DNA of 25,839 bases from Raillietiella orientalis (Eukaryota), in contig JAYWIR010000091.1 of NCBI GenBank assembly GCA_036172245.1, positions 248,001-273,839 of the forward strand. The letters run 5' to 3'. The translations under genes and the position numbers were made by a program. Below the pieces are notes generated by a model. It searched no databases and was not told the origin of the DNA. It saw only the letters and a list, made by a program, of their open reading frames with translations. Shown here piece by piece: positions 21,349 through 25,839 of the stretch (its first letter is position 1; each line of letters starts with the position of its first letter).

Positions 21349-24300
21349 TCACTGGGCGCCTGGGTCGGTCCTCCGCATCCTGTTGAGGATGCAGTCAAGT
21401 TTTGCTTTAACTGAGAGAGCTGGACGCCACCTTGTCGCCGTCTCTAAAGAGAACGTCGTCCAGTGGATAACGTCCCTGCATCTTGGTCCTCTTCTTCTGG
21501 CGTGCCACCTTTGCACAATGCCGCGCGCGCAGCAGAGGACTGCTAGAGACGCAGCGGGGCGCAGGCCGTCAGCAGAAAGAGGCGACGGTAAATTTCCTTA
21601 GGGTCGCCTACTGGAAGATGAAGGATTGGGGCGATTCTACTCCAGAGTCCATCCAGAGCGACACACTCGAGGGTGAGATGCGGGAAGGTTTCTCTTTCTC
21701 CGCAGTCGACACAGCGGGCATCCACTTTCTCCAGTGTCCAGTGAGACAGGCGTGCTCTGCTTAACAGTCCCCAGTGTAGAAATAGCAACGCCGTCTCCTG
21801 CCACTTCAACGGAAGTGTGCCGCAATCCCAACACGCTGGGGGTCACTTCACCTCCTTCGGAGGTATTGCGAGCAGCTCTCCCCAGCGCGCAAGTCCGTGA
21901 GGCGGGACGCTCGGGGTGGCAGCGTCCGTGAGCTCCTGAGTCGTCCACGCCTTTAAAGGTTTTTTCCTGCCTCGGATGAGGCAGGACACTTCCCACGATG
22001 CCAGCTCGTTGCTGCTCCTACTGCTTTTCAGGGAGGACAGAACGGTGACAAGGGGGCTGAAAGAAGCCCACAGGAACTTCCGGGGCGTGTTGATAATATC
22101 CTGAAGCGGCTGTCGAGCGTACGGTCCTCGTCGTAGGCAGTTGTATTCCACCTCGCTCGTCTGTTGATCTTAGCTCACGCGGAAGCTGACTCCTGAAGCC
22201 AGGCAGTGCAGTTCGCGGGGATGCAGGAGATCCCGGTATTCTCCCTCATCAGGGCGACCATATGGCGCAAATCGGGACCACAGTTGCAGGGGCTGCGCTG
22301 GTAGGCCACGGGGATCGAGGACAATCCTTCGCAGCCGGTCGCTCTTCTGGCCAGGATCCGTGCCGGATCGCACCATGGAGTCATCCATAAGCTAGCCGCA
22401 ACGGCTAACTTTCGAATTCTTGTTTGAAGTTGGATGCGCTCCAACGTAAGGAGGCCCAAGCCACCATCCCTGCGTGGAGCGCAGAAGTCTTTCAATCGGA
22501 CTCGCGACCTTGCTGTGCCCCAAAGGGCAGTCCTCAAGAGGGCTTTCGTCCGTCTCTGTATGATTGGAGGGGCGGGGCAAACAAACAGTAAGGGGCGAAG
22601 GAGGGGGGCCGCGAACGCGTTCCACACCGCGGCCCGCTCCTGCAAGTAAAACTTGCTGTTCCGGAACGGGCCGATCGCCAACTCCACCTTTTGGAGACGG
22701 TCGGACCAGGCTTCTGCAACGCAGAAGTCCCCCAACGGAACGCCAAGGTACTTGAAGCACCTGCCCGTGAGGATCTTCAAGCGGATCCAGTCCGGCCGTC
22801 CGGCCCACGCCGTATTGTTGAAAAGTTGTGGTGATGTTGGAACGATGTAAGATTTCTCTTTGTTCACCTCGAGGCCCGTCCCGCGGCGCAGCAACTCAAA
22901 GAAATCTTCGAGCGCCGACGCCTGGGTGGACCCGGGGAGCAGGAGCAGAAGGTCGTCGGCGTAGGCCGACACGGCAGGCGTGCCGGGACACGAGCTTGGC
23001 AGGGTTGCCAGAGTCTCCCTGTATGCCCTCAGCACCAGCTCGAAGTAGATGCTGAAGAGCAAGGGGCTCAGACTGTCACCCTGCCTTATGCTACGCCGAA
23101 CTGGCACTCCGTACACGTGCCGCCCGCTAAAAGAGATGTCTATTAGAGCGAAGCGCCAGCAGGAGCGCAGGTAAGCATGGAAGACGGCCGGGAATCGCAA
23201 GCGTTCCAGGAGCTCCAGAAGCAGTTCCTGGTCGACGCAATCGAACGCTTTACGCGGATCGACTGCGATCGCAAGGGGACCGTGCGCGGCTCTTCCATGA
23301 AGGGCGTCCCCTCTCTGCTCAGAGGAGAATCCAGGATTCTCTTGACCTCCCTGGTCTTCGCTTTGTTGCAACTGCCACCATGTACTGGCGAGGAACAGGT
23401 TGGCCTCCATCCTTCGTCCGGGAACAGCGTATGTCTGCTCCGGACTCACTACGGATTCCCCCACCCGTCCCAGCCGCTCAGCCCAAAGCTTGGCAAGCAA
23501 CTTCGCATCCGCATTCACTAATTTGATGGGACGCCAGTTGCCTACGTTGCGATTGTCTCCTCCTTTCGGCAGGAGACGTACTCTAGCTGACCGGAACGAT
23601 TTGGGGACGTCCCCTTGATCTCAGATCAGCATGCATAGCCGATGCACCAGGGGGGCCAGCTCCGCCACGAGCCTTGGTAGAACTCCGCGGGCAGACGGTC
23701 TTCCCCTGGTGCTTTTCTCTTTCGGAGCTTTCCGATGGCGGAGACGATCTCCGCCATCGAGAAAGGCTCCGCGAGTTCATGTGACTGCTCCTCCTGCAGC
23801 GCGGGGCGCCTTGCGGCAGCAAGCGCTGCTCCACGGCGTTCTCTGTTGTTCTACGCGCGTACAAGGAGGAGTAATAGTCCCGCAAGATGCGGTTTATTCT
23901 CGCCATAGCTGAGCATTCTTGGCCTTGGGCGTCCAGCAAGCTGGCCGACCCGGATTGCCAGGTCTGTCGCTCAGCCCCAGCTTTATACTCCGCCAGTCGT
24001 CGAACGTCGGGAGTCCTAGAGTAAAGACGGGCGTGGTGGTATGCCCGGTCGTTCCTCAGCCCATCGCCGAAACCTGGAGGGAGACGGTTCAGGGGAAACT
24101 GGTCGCAGAACTCGCTGACTGAGCTTTTCAAGTCGTCCCAGTCCGCGAGGGAATGCAGATGGAAGCCTTGCAGGAACGAGCGACGATGTTGCACTGCTAC
24201 TGCGAGGCGCAACCAGTCCACTAGCAAAGGCCACGCTGTGGAGGGTGGACCTCTACCTCGCGGGTGTATTTCTGCCACGAGCCGGGGATGGTCGGAAAGC

Positions 24301-24960
24301 TCGGATGGCACTGCCCCTCGATTTCCCAGCCGCGAACACAGGTGGTTGTCGAGGAACATGTGGTCGATCCTCGTCACCGTCCCGGAGTCACCGGCCAACA
24401 AGTTGCGCGCGTGCATGGCAGCGCACATCTCGTTGACCAGCTGTGCGCGCAATGTCGGGCGCACCTGACAGCAAGCGGACGTTAAAGTCCCCGGCAATGA
24501 TGTGCGCCTTTCGCATGTCTGCTTCGGCCAGCACATCTCGCTGCAGGCCTTCGAAGAACGCAGTGCGCTCCCCGCGCCTGTGGCTCGTGCCGGGTTCGTA
24601 CACGTTGGTCACGACGAGGTCGATCGCGTCGGACCACTCGGCAACATGCTGCCCGATTTGACCTTCCCCGTCGAAGTGCACGTCGCGCAGCGCATTAACG
24701 ACGGCTGGCTTCAGCATATAAGCCACACCGCGGGTGCGTTCTTTCCCGTTCTCGTATATGAGCCGCCCCTCTGCGATCCGTTCGATTTCCTGGGCCTCCC
24801 CTGCGTGGAGCACGTGCGTCTCCTGCAGAAGCGCCAGGTCGAAGTCCCGCAGGCTGGCGGCCACTTCTCTCCTCTTGCCGTCGTCGCGCAACCCGTTGAC
24901 GTTCCAACAGATTACGCGCAGTCACCGGCAGGAGGAGAGTCCACGCGTTGGTGTGTTTAT
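21349..24960 (-). pseudogene. E ORF2: APE, RT and Cys motif; several frameshifts and stops
   Basis: LRVICWNVNG, LLQETH, AGDFN, RIDH, SDH; WRPIKLVNADAK, D(P)RKAFD, RQGDSLSP, AYADDL, KYLGV; CVDCGERETFPHLTLEC near 21660-21712; probable stop at 21349-21351. Confidence 0.93.
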
Positions 24961-25452
24961 TGTGCTTGCTTACCGTCCTCCGCCTGCTATTCAGCAGGCG
25001 GGAGTTGTGTATCCATTGCGACGGGCTGTTGCTCGCAAAGAGGCGGTCCGTCGGTGGTTGTGGTGGTGGTTGGAAGATCCTGCTTGGCCAGGGACGTCTC
25101 CGGCGAGGAGTCGCGAGACCTCGCGGACATCGCCTCCCCGTCGTCGTGGTCCGACCGCATTTCCTCCTCCGCCGGTGGAGGTGCGGAGCGCCGCGGGTTG
25201 CCTACCTTGCGGCCCGCTTTGCGCTTCGGGAGAGCGACAGCCGGAGCGTTGCCGGCTTCGGCTTCGGACCCGGAAGTCTCCGGTCCTTTCGCCTCAGCCG
25301 GACGCCTCAAGACCTTCTTCTGGGCTTTGAGAGGCTGCTAGAGCATGGCTGCCAACTCTTCCGCCGCCTTGTTGAAGTCCCGGTCGTCGCTGCTCACGCT
25401 GGGCTCGCGACTTTGTCGCGGCGTCGGCGTTCGCGCGGCGGCGGGTTGTTCA
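24957..25452 (-). pseudogene. E ORF1 C-terminal low-complexity fragment
   Basis: ORF 24987-25310 is S/P/A/K-rich, similar to the D ORF1 tail, and lies directly upstream of the APE. Confidence 0.75.
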
Positions 25453-25478
25453 CACCCGGATGTGCCGGGGCATTTATT
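25453..25478 (-). terminator. F 3' terminus: AATAAA plus hairpin CCCGG-CACAT-CCGGG-TG
   Basis: The reverse complement reads AATAAATGCCCCGGCACATCCGGGTG. Confidence 0.78.
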
Positions 25479-25839
25479 TCATAGAAATAAAATTACAGAA
25501 AAATGTCGCGTGGCGAACCCGGAGGTTCACCACTCCAAAACAGCTTGCTGGTTACCGGCTCCGTGCCGGAGAGGTCCTTCCGATGCGCGGGGATGGGAAA
25601 TAAAGAAAAACAAAAAGAAACAAAAAGTTCAAATGTGGGGGGGAACAAATGTTGTAGGGGTGGGAGGGCGAAGAAGGGATCACGGTGCGCGTGGAGAGGT
25701 CCTCTAGATCCTATTCAGGATCCGCATAAGCTGAGTCCTTTCAGCGCCCAAGTGGCGCCACTTGCAGACACTGCGCGCGAAAAGGCGAGTCCAGTGTAAG
25801 GCGTTGCCGGTTGGCTGACGCCTTCTTCTGGTGGCGTTC
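25453..25839 (-). mobile_element. 3' end of LINE copy F (ORF2 C-terminus and 3' UTR); continues beyond the window
   Basis: Minus strand reads KWRHL...RILNRI*RTSPRAP* (stop at 25680-25682), similar to the E end ILNRMRRTDPGAQ*; T-rich 3' UTR; terminal hairpin. Confidence 0.85.

Larger units (their letters stand above)
21097..25452 (-). mobile_element. LINE copy E (ORF1 tail, ORF2, 3' UTR), antisense within C and interrupted at its 5' side by F
   Basis: Complete APE-RT-Cys succession on the minus strand; 3' hairpin at 21097-21122. Confidence 0.92.

Overview
Eukaryotic repeat-rich DNA with no host gene. Bases 1-~4146 are a tandem satellite of about 15 monomers of ~278 bp, in two alternating subtypes. 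It abuts a nested cluster of seven decayed non-LTR retrotransposon copies of the L1/Tx1 type: ORF1 has CCHC zinc knuckles, and ORF2 has an APE endonuclease, RT and a C-terminal Cys motif. My labels and coordinates: A1 (+, 4149-6260, 5'-truncated); A2 (+, 6274-17271, 13-bp flanking duplication); B (-, 7638-13130, inside A2 ORF1, exact 16-bp TSD); D (-, 17272-~18010, host fragment); C (+, ~18011-21096); E (-, 21097-25452, interrupts C); F (-, 25453-end, interrupts E). Main observations: (i) all five visible 3' ends stop, with at most 4 A, just after an AATAAA-type hexamer and a 5-bp-stem/5-nt-loop hairpin that covaries between families; (ii) A1 and A2 join the same target sequence at the same nucleotide; (iii) ORF1 and ORF2 overlap by a TRATG stop-start in three subfamilies; (iv) the endonuclease is shortened where L1-type endonucleases carry their target-recognition hairpin loop; (v) the RT has a fixed-length, hypervariable 23-aa insertion. 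The host species cannot be determined from the sequence.
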